Virus record (IMG/VR): IMGVR_UViG_3300012956_000001 | Location: 25,730 to 89,729 of that record | Length of the DNA stretch: 64,000 nt | Source of the DNA: a virus | Taxonomy: Duplodnaviria > Heunggongvirae > Uroviricota > Caudoviricetes | Strand: one strand, 5' to 3' | Shown: in pieces, positions 1 through 10,106 of the stretch | How the letters are laid out: every line of letters starts with the position of its first letter | Position numbering within the stretch: the stretch's first letter is position 1 | Made by a program: the position numbers and the translations under genes | Notes under the pieces: generated by a model | The model's input: only the letters and a program-made list of their open reading frames with translations | Databases searched by the model: none | Told to the model about the DNA's origin: nothing

Positions 1-117
1 GACTTTTGGGGCCAGAAATGGTCCCAAAACCCCCGTTTGTAACGAACCTAAGCGCTTATGGGGCACCAACTTAGGTGACCCCTTGACTTTTGGATACAAC
101 TAGGCTATATTCAATCT

Positions 118-2232
118 ATGACAAATAACAACCCGCACATCGCCGCCCGTATTCAAGAGAAGGTTGACCGCATCAAGAATTCCCACTCCGCGTTCTGGAT
201 TGGGTCGGATGTGGAAGATTTGACGCGTAAGGTGGAGGTCGGTTCGCTCGACTACCTCGATCGTCTCCGTACCGTACAGCGTGCCGTCGGCAATTTCGTG
301 AAGATTGTCACGGGCGAAGAAATCCCGGTATTGTACTCGAGCGGTAAGTCGAGCTATACGACGGGGAAGGAAGTGGTGCTCTCGGCGGATATTGATCCGA
401 CGAAGTTGGACTCTATGGTAGGCGTGGCGTTGCACGAAGGTGCACACTGCCTTCTGTCGGGCCAGTCGTTGGAGTTTCTGCAGGAGATGCACAAGCGGTT
501 CGATCATATGGTGGGCGGTCATCCGATTGTGGTGCACGCACAGCGGTTGAACATTCCGCTCACCGAAAAGAACCTGACGCCTGCGATGGGCACTGGCGGA
601 GATACCGTCATCGGTCACGTGCAGCTCGTGATGAACGTGCTCGAGGATCGGCGCATTGACTTGTGGATGTACAAGAACGCGCCGGGGTATCGTCCGTATT
701 ACGAGGAAATGTACAACGAGCACTGGCACAGCAAGGATATCGACAAGGCACTGCAAGATCCGAAGTTCCGTGAGCTGGCGGTCCGCAACTATTTCTTGTT
801 TGTCATTAATCTGACAAATACGAATTTTGACGAGACTGCACTGCCCGGTTTGGCGAAGATCAAGCAGATCGCCAACCTGACGGAGAAGGGTTTGTCTGCC
901 CGTGGTAATGATGATCCGGGCTTCCGTAATTGGAAGGCCGGACTGCCGACGAACACGAGTCCGGTGTCGGATTTGACGAAGTTCCCGAAGCTCTTTGCTG
1001 ATGCCGTTGCAATTGTGACGGCGATCTATTCGGGTTCGACTATCGTGGAACCGCCGAAGTCCGACAAGGATGATGAAGGCGAGGAAGGTGGTGAAGGCGA
1101 CGGTGAAGGTGAGGGCGATCAGCCGGGCGATTTGCCTAACCTTGATGGCGGCATCCCGCGTAAGGTGTCGCGGTCGGCGATGGAAAAGGCTCTCGCCAAG
1201 CAGATTCAATTCGCCAACGGTCAGTTGACGAAGGAAGAAATTAGTGCCGAAGTGAAGGCACAGCTCGATCAGCTCGAGCAGACTTCCGCCTCGATTGTGG
1301 ACGTTGAAGGAGACTTCCTTCCCCGCAACGTGAAGGCGCGAGTGATTGTGTACCGGGATATCACCAAGGAAACGGTCAAGAAGGATGCATTTCCGTTTAA
1401 GTATAATTCGTATTATAGTCGGAACGGTGCTGCACAGATCAATCCCGACATGACCAAGGCGTTGAAGGATGGAATTCGGTTGGGTGCCATTCTGGCGAAT
1501 CGTATCCGCGTGATGCAGGACGAACGTCCGCTCACGTTCAATCGTCAGGAGCACGGCCGTTTGGACAAGCGCCGCGTGGCGATGTTGGGTACTGGTGCAA
1601 TGGATGTGTTTTCCTTCACGATTACCGAGCGTCGTAAGCCCGCCAATCTGTGGATGGACGTTGACTTCTCTGGTTCGATGAACGGTGAGAAGTCGGGAAA
1701 GGCGATGACTGTCGCGGTGGCGATTGCCTACGCCGCAGAACAGACCCGGACGTTGAACACCACGATTGCCGTCCGTGACGGTGGGCATGACTGTGCTCGA
1801 GTGGCGATTCTGTATGACTCGCGTAAGCACCAGTTCAACAAGTTGCGTCATATCCTGCCGTATATCGGGGTTCAGGGTGGTACGCCTGAGTCGCTCGCCT
1901 TCGAAGCGATCAAGGATGAAATGATGCAGATGTACAAGGATGAACGGAAGTATTTTATCAATCTGTCGGACGGTGAACCGGGTCACGGTTTCACGTACAA
2001 GGGTAAGGGTTACTCTTACGGCGGCGAGGAGGCGTACAAGCACACGCGGCGCCTGATGAATGATTTCCGTGGAATGGGCATTAAGGTATTGTCCTATTAC
2101 ATCGGCGATTCCCGGTACGAGCACGAGGGTTTCAAGAAGATGTACGGGCAGGATGCTCGGTTTATCGACCCGAAGAACATCGGTCAGATTGCCGGTACGA
2201 TCAACAAGCTGTTGATGGGTGATGACAAGTAA
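118..2232 (+). CDS. VWA-domain protein with N-terminal HExxH metallopeptidase-like domain (CobT-like MoxR partner)
   Basis: LHEGAH motif, acidic linker, MIDAS DFSGSM...GGTP...SDGEP; MoxR-type AAA nearby. Confidence 0.85.
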   Translation: MTNNNPHIAARIQEKVDRIKNSHSAFWIGSDVEDLTRKVEVGSLDYLDRLRTVQRAVGNFVKIVTGEEIPVLYSSGKSSYTTGKEVVLSADIDPTKLDSMVGVALHEGAHCLLSGQSLEFLQEMHKRFDHMVGGHPIVVHAQRLNIPLTEKNLTPAMGTGGDTVIGHVQLVMNVLEDRRIDLWMYKNAPGYRPYYEEMYNEHWHSKDIDKALQDPKFRELAVRNYFLFVINLTNTNFDETALPGLAKIKQIANLTEKGLSARGNDDPGFRNWKAGLPTNTSPVSDLTKFPKLFADAVAIVTAIYSGSTIVEPPKSDKDDEGEEGGEGDGEGEGDQPGDLPNLDGGIPRKVSRSAMEKALAKQIQFANGQLTKEEISAEVKAQLDQLEQTSASIVDVEGDFLPRNVKARVIVYRDITKETVKKDAFPFKYNSYYSRNGAAQINPDMTKALKDGIRLGAILANRIRVMQDERPLTFNRQEHGRLDKRRVAMLGTGAMDVFSFTITERRKPANLWMDVDFSGSMNGEKSGKAMTVAVAIAYAAEQTRTLNTTIAVRDGGHDCARVAILYDSRKHQFNKLRHILPYIGVQGGTPESLAFEAIKDEMMQMYKDERKYFINLSDGEPGHGFTYKGKGYSYGGEEAYKHTRRLMNDFRGMGIKVLSYYIGDSRYEHEGFKKMYGQDARFIDPKNIGQIAGTINKLLMGDDK

Positions 2233-2305
2233 GTTGCTCACATTTGGTGGGCTTGACAAACGATCACTAATGAAGTATCTTTAAGCTTCAACAAAGGAGT
2301 TAGTA

Positions 2306-2659
2306 ATGTCACGAATCGTTAACAAGGATCGCTCGATTTTGCTCCAGCGATTCATTACCCTTATCGGTGACGCCCGAGAGCCATTCGTGGAAACGGGCCG
2401 AAAGTTCGATAAGGTATATGTCGAAGGTCGTGTCCGATACTTCGTCGCTCGGTCGGATCAGGGCGCCGAGGTTAAGGAAGGCGACATCTACGGCGCCAAG
2501 TCGAAGCTCGCTCCCAACTTCCGCTGGTATTTTGGGAATTTGGCGAATGCAGGAAATTGGGATTGGTCGGACTTTCACGGCCGCCCAGTGGATGACAAGA
2601 GTGTAATGCCTGTGAAGGGTTACGGCCGATATACGCATTACAAGCGAATCGAGGCCTAA
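2306..2659 (+). CDS. Phage hypothetical protein (paralog of 6766-7134)
   Basis: Own promoter (TTGACA 2253, TATCTT 2276) and AGGAG RBS; shares GRK-x-x-KV...VRYFV...I(Y/F)-x-A-x-x...PNF with 6766-7134. Confidence 0.8.
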   Translation: MSRIVNKDRSILLQRFITLIGDAREPFVETGRKFDKVYVEGRVRYFVARSDQGAEVKEGDIYGAKSKLAPNFRWYFGNLANAGNWDWSDFHGRPVDDKSVMPVKGYGRYTHYKRIEA

Positions 2660-2881
2660 GTGTTCAAGGATTACCGGGGGACTGAGTTGGTGCCTGGTGT
2701 CCGAGTCGCTTACAATCGGTCAGGCGAAGTGAAACTAGGTACGCTGGTGTATATCGCACCAAGTTCGAAGAAGTGGACATTCACCTATGCTCCGAATCCA
2801 CTGGCGACGATCAAGGTACTTGGCGACGATGGTAAGGAATCGACGCTCGCCAGAATCACGAACCTTGTAGTATTGGAGTAG
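2660..2881 (+). CDS. Small hypothetical protein
   Basis: Abuts upstream stop; coding-like composition. Confidence 0.6.
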   Translation: MFKDYRGTELVPGVRVAYNRSGEVKLGTLVYIAPSSKKWTFTYAPNPLATIKVLGDDGKESTLARITNLVVLE

Positions 2882-3475
2882 GTTTTTCGGTCAATCTAAC
2901 TACGTATGGAGATACGAATGAGATGACCTCATCCTGAACACGGTTTGTCTGTACCGAAAACAGACCCATCGCCCTAGTCAATTTGTGGGCGTCAACGATC
3001 AAGGGCGTTGACTGGTTGAGTTCCCTGCTCAACGATGCGAATTAAACTTATAGATAAATTATTGTATAGTGGAATAGGTCGGGTGACACATAACTCTTGA
3101 GTCCAGCCCGATAGCGCTTGGTCAGAACGGATGGTGTACAGCGCACAACGTTCTTTCTAGTCTGAGGTGTAACGGCATACACGCCCAGCTTTGAACTGGG
3201 AGAAGCGGGTTCGATTCCCGCCTGACGGGGCTTATACCCCTAAACCGAAACGACCGTGACTCCTTTCCGGTATGTACCGCAAATGGATAGTCGTTCGGTG
3301 AAAGAATCGTAGAGCCGGTGAATAAATTATAGAATGATAGATATGTAAGTTTTGTACTTAATATCTATACGCTATTCCGGCACCTAATGACCTTGACTTG
3401 TGAAGCATCGCAACCCCCCTGAAAGGAAACCGTCTATCCCTCCCGACGGCATCAAACCTTTCAGGGGGTTTGTAT
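2882..3475 (+). ncRNA. Candidate large structured ncRNA (~600 nt) with embedded tRNA-like domain
   Basis: No credible ORF; dense hairpins, long-range complementarity, long terminal hairpin 3412-3470. Confidence 0.6.
3158..3229 (+). tRNA. tRNA-Gln(TTG)-like domain, degenerate acceptor stem
   Basis: D arm gtgt/acac, AC cccag-ctttgaa-ctggg, T arm gcggg-ttcgatt-cccgc; acceptor has 2 mismatches. Confidence 0.6.
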
Positions 3476-3580
3476 TTACCCCAATTGTAACGATTTCGGC
3501 CCTTGACAAACCCCTTTAGGGGTATTAAGTTTCCCGAAGTCAAGTAATCAACCTATTCGCTAAAGGGAGCGAAAAAACAA

Positions 3581-4774
3581 ATGGAAAAGGATACGGTTTT
3601 TGCGCCGAGCATCGGCACAGTGGTTCGGGTGGAGAAGTTCGGGGACACGTACCGGGCGACTCTGCCTGATGGTGCGGATGTGACCGAGCATTTCGAGAAT
3701 TATCAGTTGCGGAATGCCGTCAAGGAAGGCATGGCGCTCAAGCTCGTGGAGACGAACACGGGTTCGACGCAGTGGCGGAAGGTGTCGCCGGCGGAGTTCA
3801 CCGAACGTGCCAAGAACGCCCTCCCCGACCAGGCATCGGCGACGATGGATCACGACAAGATTGTTCAGTTCCTTCGGAACGCCTCGGCGGTTCGCCCTGA
3901 GTCGTACAAGATGGACGACCTCAAGTGGCGCTTCTCCGTGCGGACGGTGCTCCGTGGTAAGAATATGATGATTACCGGCCCGAAGGGTACGGGCAAGACG
4001 GTGCTCGCGTTCACCCTTCGTGATACGCTCAATCGTCCGTTCTTCAACATTCCGCTCGGCGCTACGCAGGACCCGCGCTCGACGCTCATCGGTAACGTAC
4101 ACTTCGATCCCGAGCGTGGCACGTATCTGGGTGAGGCCGAGTTCATTCGGGCGATTCAGACTCCTGACGCGATCATCCTGCTCGACGAAATCACCCGCGC
4201 CCATCCTGACGCGTGGAACATTCTGATGAGCGCCCTCGACTACAAGCAGCGGTTCGTCCGTATTGACGAGGCGCCGGATTCGCCCGTCATCAACGTTGCT
4301 CCAGGCGTGACGTTCATCGCCACCGCCAACATCGGTTCGCAGTACACCGCGACCCGTACCCTTGACGCCGCACTCACGGATCGTTTCATCGTGGTTGAGG
4401 TTGAGTATCTGGGCAAGGAGCAGGAATTCGAGCTCCTCCGTCAGCGGGTGCCGGGTGTTGACGAGCGAGTGTTGAACTCCCTCACCAACGCGGCGATTGA
4501 TCTTCGGAAGGATGCCCGCTCGAGTGACCCGCGTATTACGGAAGGTCTGAGCACGCGGTCCACAATCGAAATGGCCGAGCTCATTTACGACGGGTTCACC
4601 TTTCAGGAAGCGGCCGCGCTGGTCATCTATCCGCAGTATTCTGAAGCGGGTGGTGCCGACTCCGAGCGTGCCTATGTCAAGCAGATCGTCCAGAAGCACA
4701 TTCCGACGAACCTTGACGACAAGGCTGCACCGTTCAATCTTGACCCGAACAATGGGGAATTGCCTTGGGCGTAA
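3581..4774 (+). CDS. MoxR/CbbQ/CobS-like AAA+ ATPase
   Basis: Walker A GPKGTGKT, Walker B ILLDEITRA, ATAN, LDAALTDRF. Confidence 0.9.
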   Translation: MEKDTVFAPSIGTVVRVEKFGDTYRATLPDGADVTEHFENYQLRNAVKEGMALKLVETNTGSTQWRKVSPAEFTERAKNALPDQASATMDHDKIVQFLRNASAVRPESYKMDDLKWRFSVRTVLRGKNMMITGPKGTGKTVLAFTLRDTLNRPFFNIPLGATQDPRSTLIGNVHFDPERGTYLGEAEFIRAIQTPDAIILLDEITRAHPDAWNILMSALDYKQRFVRIDEAPDSPVINVAPGVTFIATANIGSQYTATRTLDAALTDRFIVVEVEYLGKEQEFELLRQRVPGVDERVLNSLTNAAIDLRKDARSSDPRITEGLSTRSTIEMAELIYDGFTFQEAAALVIYPQYSEAGGADSERAYVKQIVQKHIPTNLDDKAAPFNLDPNNGELPWA

Positions 4775-4914
4775 TTCATTAACGCCAATAAGGTAATAAT
4801 CGTGGTGGGGTGGCCCTTTCCGCTCCACCACGATTCGGGGAATTGTAACGAAATTACTCCTATTGACTTTGACAAATAACAGGGTATATTGAGTCATACA
4901 CCAACGGAGTAGAT

Positions 4915-5262
4915 ATGAGCAAGTATAACCAACCGATGAAGCGGAAGCCAGCCGAACCATTGGCTCTCATCAATGTCTCGGGCTCTAAGTCGGTGCCCGT
5001 AGGTACGAAGGTGTGGCCTGTGTGTAGTCTTACCAAAGACCTCACTACAAAGTCGTGGCTGTTGGTTTCTGTCAAACTGACCCAAGAGGTTTCGCCGAAG
5101 TGGGCTGCCCACATTCCCGATACGCCTGTTTTTAGTACGTGGAAAGTGCCTGGTGTAGCCAGGGCGGCTATCGTTTGTCTTGAGAAGCCTGTCAAACGTG
5201 GTAATCATTGGGTGGTGGGATTCCTTGCCGACTTTGGCATTCCGGGGCATGGCGATGGGTGA
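4915..5262 (+). CDS. Hypothetical, short member of the PxGxxVxP family
   Basis: VPVGTKVWPV...IVCLEKPV...VVGF. Confidence 0.65.
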   Translation: MSKYNQPMKRKPAEPLALINVSGSKSVPVGTKVWPVCSLTKDLTTKSWLLVSVKLTQEVSPKWAAHIPDTPVFSTWKVPGVARAAIVCLEKPVKRGNHWVVGFLADFGIPGHGDG

Positions 5263-5632
5263 CTGGTTTGATCCGTCTGTACCCCTGAGCATGTTTAAGC
5301 TGGGCGGTGGTCGGACATACGAAATTGTGCCTGGTGTAGAAGTTTGGCCTGTATATGGTCATACTGAAATGCTTGACGGCACGATATTTGTTGTTGAACC
5401 TGCGAAGCTGCAGCGGCGGCTTCGGGTGAACACGTATTGTGAAATGCCCTACACGGTCGGCATGCAGGCTGTCTTGCCGGCACGTAATGATCCGCGCCAC
5501 GATCAGAAGATGTTGTCAAATATCATCATCCCATTGCCTGCTGCTGTAATGGTTGAGGGGTGGGAACCTAAGCTAACATTCGCATTGGGCTTTGTCATTC
5601 ACACTAGCTATCTTCAACAGGTAGTGAGATGA
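5249..5632 (+). CDS. Hypothetical, short member of the PxGxxVxP family
   Basis: IVPGVEVWPV...ALGFVI; start uncertain (5249 or 5255). Confidence 0.6.
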   Translation: MAMGDWFDPSVPLSMFKLGGGRTYEIVPGVEVWPVYGHTEMLDGTIFVVEPAKLQRRLRVNTYCEMPYTVGMQAVLPARNDPRHDQKMLSNIIIPLPAAVMVEGWEPKLTFALGFVIHTSYLQQVVR

Positions 5633-5952
5633 GCTATACCCTTAGAGCACAAGCGTTCGTCATGCCTATTTACGCGATCATAGGTTCTGATCGAGGCGTG
5701 TTCGTGGAGGCGGAAGCGCCTGCTCGCCCGCTGCGAAAAACACAGGTAGTCGAACCTCACGAGATACAGACAGTAAAGAATACATTTCCAGATTTTTTCT
5801 GTGAAACGATACTTGAGTTAAATCAAAGCCGGCTAGCCATGAATCGGCCTCCGTATATGGCGGTTCTTTTCGATGATGGCGTTGAAGTAGACGGTAAGTT
5901 CTATATGGGTTATGTTTTCGACTCATGGATATATCCAAGTACACCGGAGTAA
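5629..5952 (+). CDS. Hypothetical, possible PxGxxVxP family member
   Basis: ATGA overlap; AQAFVMPIY...FYMGYVF. Confidence 0.6.
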   Translation: MSYTLRAQAFVMPIYAIIGSDRGVFVEAEAPARPLRKTQVVEPHEIQTVKNTFPDFFCETILELNQSRLAMNRPPYMAVLFDDGVEVDGKFYMGYVFDSWIYPSTPE

Positions 5953-6049
5953 AATCCCCCGATTGTAACGAAATCTTCACACTTTCCTATACCCTTGCCG
6001 GCGTGACCCGGTGGGGGTATATTTGGTTATAACCTTTTAGGAGAGTCGC

Positions 6050-6754
6050 ATGAAGCTGTTGACGGTAGGCAATCCCAAGATCGCCAAGGGCGAGAAGCTC
6101 GGTTATATGACTTCCATCCTGCACCTGGCGCCGTCGTGGCTGTCCGGCTTCAATACCTGCCCGATGGCGACCGCCGGCTGCTCGGCCGCTTGCTTGAATA
6201 CTGCCGGTCGGGGTGGGATTATCAAGCGTGGGGAGACTACCAACGCAATCCAAAAGGCTCGGATTGCTAAGACGCTTCGCTTTTTCAACGAACGGGATGC
6301 GTTTATGACGCAGCTCGTAAAGGAAATTAACAACGCGATCAAGCTCGCGGCGAAGCACGACCTGATTCCGGTTTTCCGGTTGAACGGTACTAGCGATATT
6401 CGCTGGGAGACTATCGCTGTCGCCGGGGCGAGCAACATCTTCGAGCTGTTCCCGACTGTACAGTTTTACGATTACACGAAGATTCCAAATCGTCGGAACA
6501 TTCCGGCGAATTACGACCTGACGTTTTCTCTTGCTGAAGATAACGACCGGAAGGCTCTGGCCGCTCGCAATCTGAAAATGAATATTGCCGTAGTGTTTAA
6601 GTCTGTTCCCTCGCACTTCCTTGTCGGCAACGTAATGGTGCCGGTAATCGACGGCGACGCAAGCGACCTTCGTTTTCTTGACCCCAAGGGCGTCATCATC
6701 GGATTGAAGGCCAAGGGTAAGGCCAAGAACGATACCACCGGCTTTGTCCGGTAG
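6050..6754 (+). CDS. GP88-like phage protein (Cys-rich, radical-SAM-like motif)
   Basis: CPMATAGCSAACL, FRLNGTSDI, FYDYTK, DGDASDLRFLD, GLKAKG. Confidence 0.8.
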   Translation: MKLLTVGNPKIAKGEKLGYMTSILHLAPSWLSGFNTCPMATAGCSAACLNTAGRGGIIKRGETTNAIQKARIAKTLRFFNERDAFMTQLVKEINNAIKLAAKHDLIPVFRLNGTSDIRWETIAVAGASNIFELFPTVQFYDYTKIPNRRNIPANYDLTFSLAEDNDRKALAARNLKMNIAVVFKSVPSHFLVGNVMVPVIDGDASDLRFLDPKGVIIGLKAKGKAKNDTTGFVR

Positions 6755-6765
6755 GAGAAATCAAA

Positions 6766-7134
6766 ATGTTTAATCATGTCATGCTCGAGAATTGGCGCGA
6801 GACAATGCAGGAGCAAATGCTCGCAGACCTGAAGACAGCGGGGCTCGATTGCCCCGCCAATCGTGACGGTTGCAAGGTCCGGCTGAAAAAGGGCCGGAAG
6901 TATGTTAAGGTAATCGTCGGTGGTGGCGTCCGATACTTTGTCGAGCACGCGACGGGCTCTGGGACTATCTTCGCCGCCTCTGGGCGTGACAAGCCGAATT
7001 TCAATCGTTCGTTCGGCACCGTTTCTGATTACCCCATGTTTCACTGGGGCGGATACGAGGGCGTTGCTAAGCCCGGTTCCGGGTTCACCATGAAGGGCAC
7101 CGCCGGCGGATACCAAACCGCAATTAAGGATTAA
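6766..7134 (+). CDS. Phage hypothetical protein (paralog of 2306-2659)
   Basis: GRKYVKV...VRYFV...IFAAS...PNF. Confidence 0.75.
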   Translation: MFNHVMLENWRETMQEQMLADLKTAGLDCPANRDGCKVRLKKGRKYVKVIVGGGVRYFVEHATGSGTIFAASGRDKPNFNRSFGTVSDYPMFHWGGYEGVAKPGSGFTMKGTAGGYQTAIKD

Positions 7135-7252
7135 TCGATATTCCCTCGGAGCAATCCGGGGGAACGTCGTGCGGGGGATTGTAACGAACGGGTGGACCGC
7201 TTGACCTCGCTCCTACGCGGTGGTATATTAGGTCATCTCAAATGGGGGTACT

Positions 7253-7792
7253 ATGAACTTTAACAAGGTGTACGGCTCGCCGGAGTTTCCGACGATTCCA
7301 GGCGATGAATTGGCCATCCTCGCGGAGTCTGCTCGGCGGTCATCTATTCAGTACCACACGCTTCAAGGGTACATTTCGGAAAATCGGGTTATTCGGTATT
7401 TGTGTGACCTCGCGGGCGTAACGCGGGTTACGAAGATTCCCGATTACGCGGAAGGCCACGGCGGGGACGTTTCCTTCAAGTATCGTAACAATGTCTGGTC
7501 CGTTGAAATCAAGACCGTTACGATCAAGGACAATGGCGTGGGCTCGGTGAGTATCAAGCCCACGCGGAAGTCCGATGTGGTACAGGCATATCGTCGTGGA
7601 CATTTCGATCTCCTGGCAGTCGCCATTACCAATCGTGGAGAAAACGGATTGCTCTTCGTCCATACCGATGCACTACCGAACCACAAGGTCAATCCGCTGT
7701 TTCTTCAAGGGTCGCTCACGATTAAGGAAGTAAATGACTTTTTTCCTTTCTCGTATTCTCTTGGGAAGGCCCTGGCGAAACCGTCAGGTTAG
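7253..7792 (+). CDS. Putative PD-(D/E)XK nuclease
   Basis: GYISE...GGDVSF...VEIKT...FDLLAVA motif order. Confidence 0.6.
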   Translation: MNFNKVYGSPEFPTIPGDELAILAESARRSSIQYHTLQGYISENRVIRYLCDLAGVTRVTKIPDYAEGHGGDVSFKYRNNVWSVEIKTVTIKDNGVGSVSIKPTRKSDVVQAYRRGHFDLLAVAITNRGENGLLFVHTDALPNHKVNPLFLQGSLTIKEVNDFFPFSYSLGKALAKPSG

Positions 7793-7911
7793 GAGCCGGG
7801 TGGCCCAGTGAAAACTGGGTCACACGCCCCGGTTTGTAACGAAATGTTTTTCCGCTTGACGAATACCAGAAAACCCGTATATTTGGTCATAACCTTTACG
7901 GAGTATCACCG

Positions 7912-8511
7912 ATGGTCAAGAGCTCGATTCCTCGTTCGATTCGCACCAAGGTTCGTGAACTGCTCAAAGAGCTCGCGGCTGAGCTCCCGCCGAAGACAAA
8001 GCCGGGTGATGCGATCCCGTACTATGCTCGTAGCGAAGCCTACTACAAGCACGTCGATACGGCGCCGGCGTTGCTTCGGCGGGTTCGCAAGCACGGCATC
8101 AAGGCGACCAAGACTGCCGCTGGTGTTGCGCGTCGCGCGGTGATCTCGGATACGTTCGTCATCAAGTTCAGTCGGTATGAGGGCGACCAGCGCCGATTGG
8201 TGTCCGAGGCAAACTACATCAAGGAAATGTGTGATCGGGGATATGAAATCAATTTTCCCGAGACGCACGTGGTGAAGATTGCCGGCGTGATCGCGCTGGT
8301 GCAGGAAAAGATCGATATGTCGCACGCCTGGGCAGGGCGGAAGTATTCTCGGAATCGCACGGATGCTTATGATATTGCCGAGAGTCTGGCGTGTGAGCTT
8401 GGAATCGATGACATTCACGAAGGCAACTTTGGTTGGCGGACTGCCGGCAACGGCGAGAAGATTCCGGTGTTCGTGGATGTTGATTTCCGTTACGATAATA
8501 GTCATTCGTAA
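7912..8511 (+). CDS. Protein-kinase-like protein, copy 1
   Basis: AAGVARRA, FVIKF, SEA, DIHEGNFG, VFVDVDF. Confidence 0.7.
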   Translation: MVKSSIPRSIRTKVRELLKELAAELPPKTKPGDAIPYYARSEAYYKHVDTAPALLRRVRKHGIKATKTAAGVARRAVISDTFVIKFSRYEGDQRRLVSEANYIKEMCDRGYEINFPETHVVKIAGVIALVQEKIDMSHAWAGRKYSRNRTDAYDIAESLACELGIDDIHEGNFGWRTAGNGEKIPVFVDVDFRYDNSHS

Positions 8512-8633
8512 AATCCAATAATGTGACGACTCCGAGAGGAGCGTCACCCCGGTTTGTAACGAAATTTTGACCCGCTTGACGGGGTTGAGAAATCTTCTAT
8601 ATTTGGTCATAACCTTTACGGAGTGACGTACCA

Positions 8634-9290
8634 ATGGCGAAGTCCTCGATTCCCCGCTCGGTTCGGACGCAGGTTCGTGAGTTGCTCAAGAGTCTGTCAA
8701 CCGACATTCCGCCTATCCCGAGGTCGAAGTCTTACGACAAGACTTGGCGCCAGTGGAATGAACGGGCCTCGGCGTGGAATGCAAAGGTGGACACGCCGCG
8801 GTCTATCCTCGCTCGGGCTCGGACGCACGGAATCAAGGCGAGCAAGACGGGTGCTGGGGTTGCACGTCGAGCGGTCATCGCGGATACGTTCGTCATCAAG
8901 TTCAGTCGGTTTGGTAACGATCAGGAGCGTCTGATTGCTGAGGCGAAGTTCATTCAGGATATGCGAAATGCGGGTGGGTTTCCTGACAACTTTCCTGAGA
9001 CGCATGTCGTGAAGGCGCCTGGTGTGACGGCGCTGGTGCAGGAAAAGATCGACATGAACCACGCATGGGTCAATCGGAAGGGATATCTCGAGCGCCGTCA
9101 GATTCTTAACCGGGTTGAACAACTTGCTCGTGATCTGAGGATCAGCGACCTGCACGATGGAAACTTCGGGTGGCGTGTTGTGGATGGCGAAAAGGTGCCG
9201 GTGTTCGTGGACGTTGACTATCGCAACAGCGATTACAACGATGGATGGGGCGATCCCTCGGATTCGGAGAGCTATCATTCGGATTATTGA
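8634..9290 (+). CDS. Protein-kinase-like protein, copy 2
   Basis: GAGVARRA, FVIKF, DLHDGNFG, VFVDVDY; clear paralog of 7912-8511. Confidence 0.7.
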   Translation: MAKSSIPRSVRTQVRELLKSLSTDIPPIPRSKSYDKTWRQWNERASAWNAKVDTPRSILARARTHGIKASKTGAGVARRAVIADTFVIKFSRFGNDQERLIAEAKFIQDMRNAGGFPDNFPETHVVKAPGVTALVQEKIDMNHAWVNRKGYLERRQILNRVEQLARDLRISDLHDGNFGWRVVDGEKVPVFVDVDYRNSDYNDGWGDPSDSESYHSDY

Positions 9291-9414
9291 ATAATTCAAA
9301 TAGGGGCGCTCTTCACCGGGCGCTCCACGCCCCGGTTTGTAACGAAATGTTTGCTCCCTTGACGGATCGCCAGTGTACCTGTATATTACATCATAACCTT
9401 AACGGAGTAACACA

Positions 9415-9606
9415 ATGAAGAACGCCTCGGCCCTGTTTCTCATCCTGCTCGTTGTGGCAATTGTCATCGGTGGCCCGCTGGCCACGATCTGGTCGCTCAA
9501 CACGCTCTTTGGGTTGACCATCGCGTACACGTTCAAGACTTGGCTGGCCGCGCTCTTCCTCGGCGGGCTGATGTCCAAGTCGGCAAGCTCTTCTTCCTCG
9601 AAGTAA
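9415..9606 (+). CDS. Small membrane protein
   Basis: Two hydrophobic segments; promoter module and RBS. Confidence 0.75.
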   Translation: MKNASALFLILLVVAIVIGGPLATIWSLNTLFGLTIAYTFKTWLAALFLGGLMSKSASSSSSK

Positions 9607-9616
9607 GGAGCGTCAA

Positions 9617-9997
9617 GTGGCCAAGCTGTATCTGATTCGTGGACTGCCGGGGTCTGGGAAGTCCACGATGGCACGGGCTCTCGCCGAGGAAATCGGCGCG
9701 GTACATTACGAGGCCGACCAGTATTTTATGGTGGACGGAGACTATCGCTTCGATCCGTCTAAGCTCGGTGCAGCACACGCCGAGTGTCAGGCCAAGGCAG
9801 AAACCGCCCTGGCGATGGGCAAGTCAGTCGTGGTGAGCAACACCTTCACCACGCACAAGGAGATGGACCCGTATCTCGGGTTCGCGGAGTATCACGGGGT
9901 TCGTGCCGAGATTCGCACGGCGACGGGCTCATTCGGTTCGGTCCACGATGTTCCCGCTGAGACGCTTGAGCGGATGCGGGCTCGCTGGGAGGATTAA
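9617..9997 (+). CDS. AAA_33-type P-loop kinase (polynucleotide-kinase-like)
   Basis: LIRGLPGSGKST, EADQYF, VVVSNTF, HDVP...MRARWE. Confidence 0.85.
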   Translation: MAKLYLIRGLPGSGKSTMARALAEEIGAVHYEADQYFMVDGDYRFDPSKLGAAHAECQAKAETALAMGKSVVVSNTFTTHKEMDPYLGFAEYHGVRAEIRTATGSFGSVHDVPAETLERMRARWED

Positions 9998-10106
9998 TCC
10001 AATTGTGACAATTCCAGATAATCGGAATTGTTACAAACGGGGAATTGACCCTTGACAGGTGATGTACCATAGGGTATATTTTATCAACTTCAATAGGGAT
10101 CTATCA

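Noticed and set aside
100-4960. Long minus-strand ORFs (100-2259, 3560-4960) and other antisense ORFs
   Set aside because: Shadows of motif-bearing + strand genes in GC-rich sequence; no recognisable motifs
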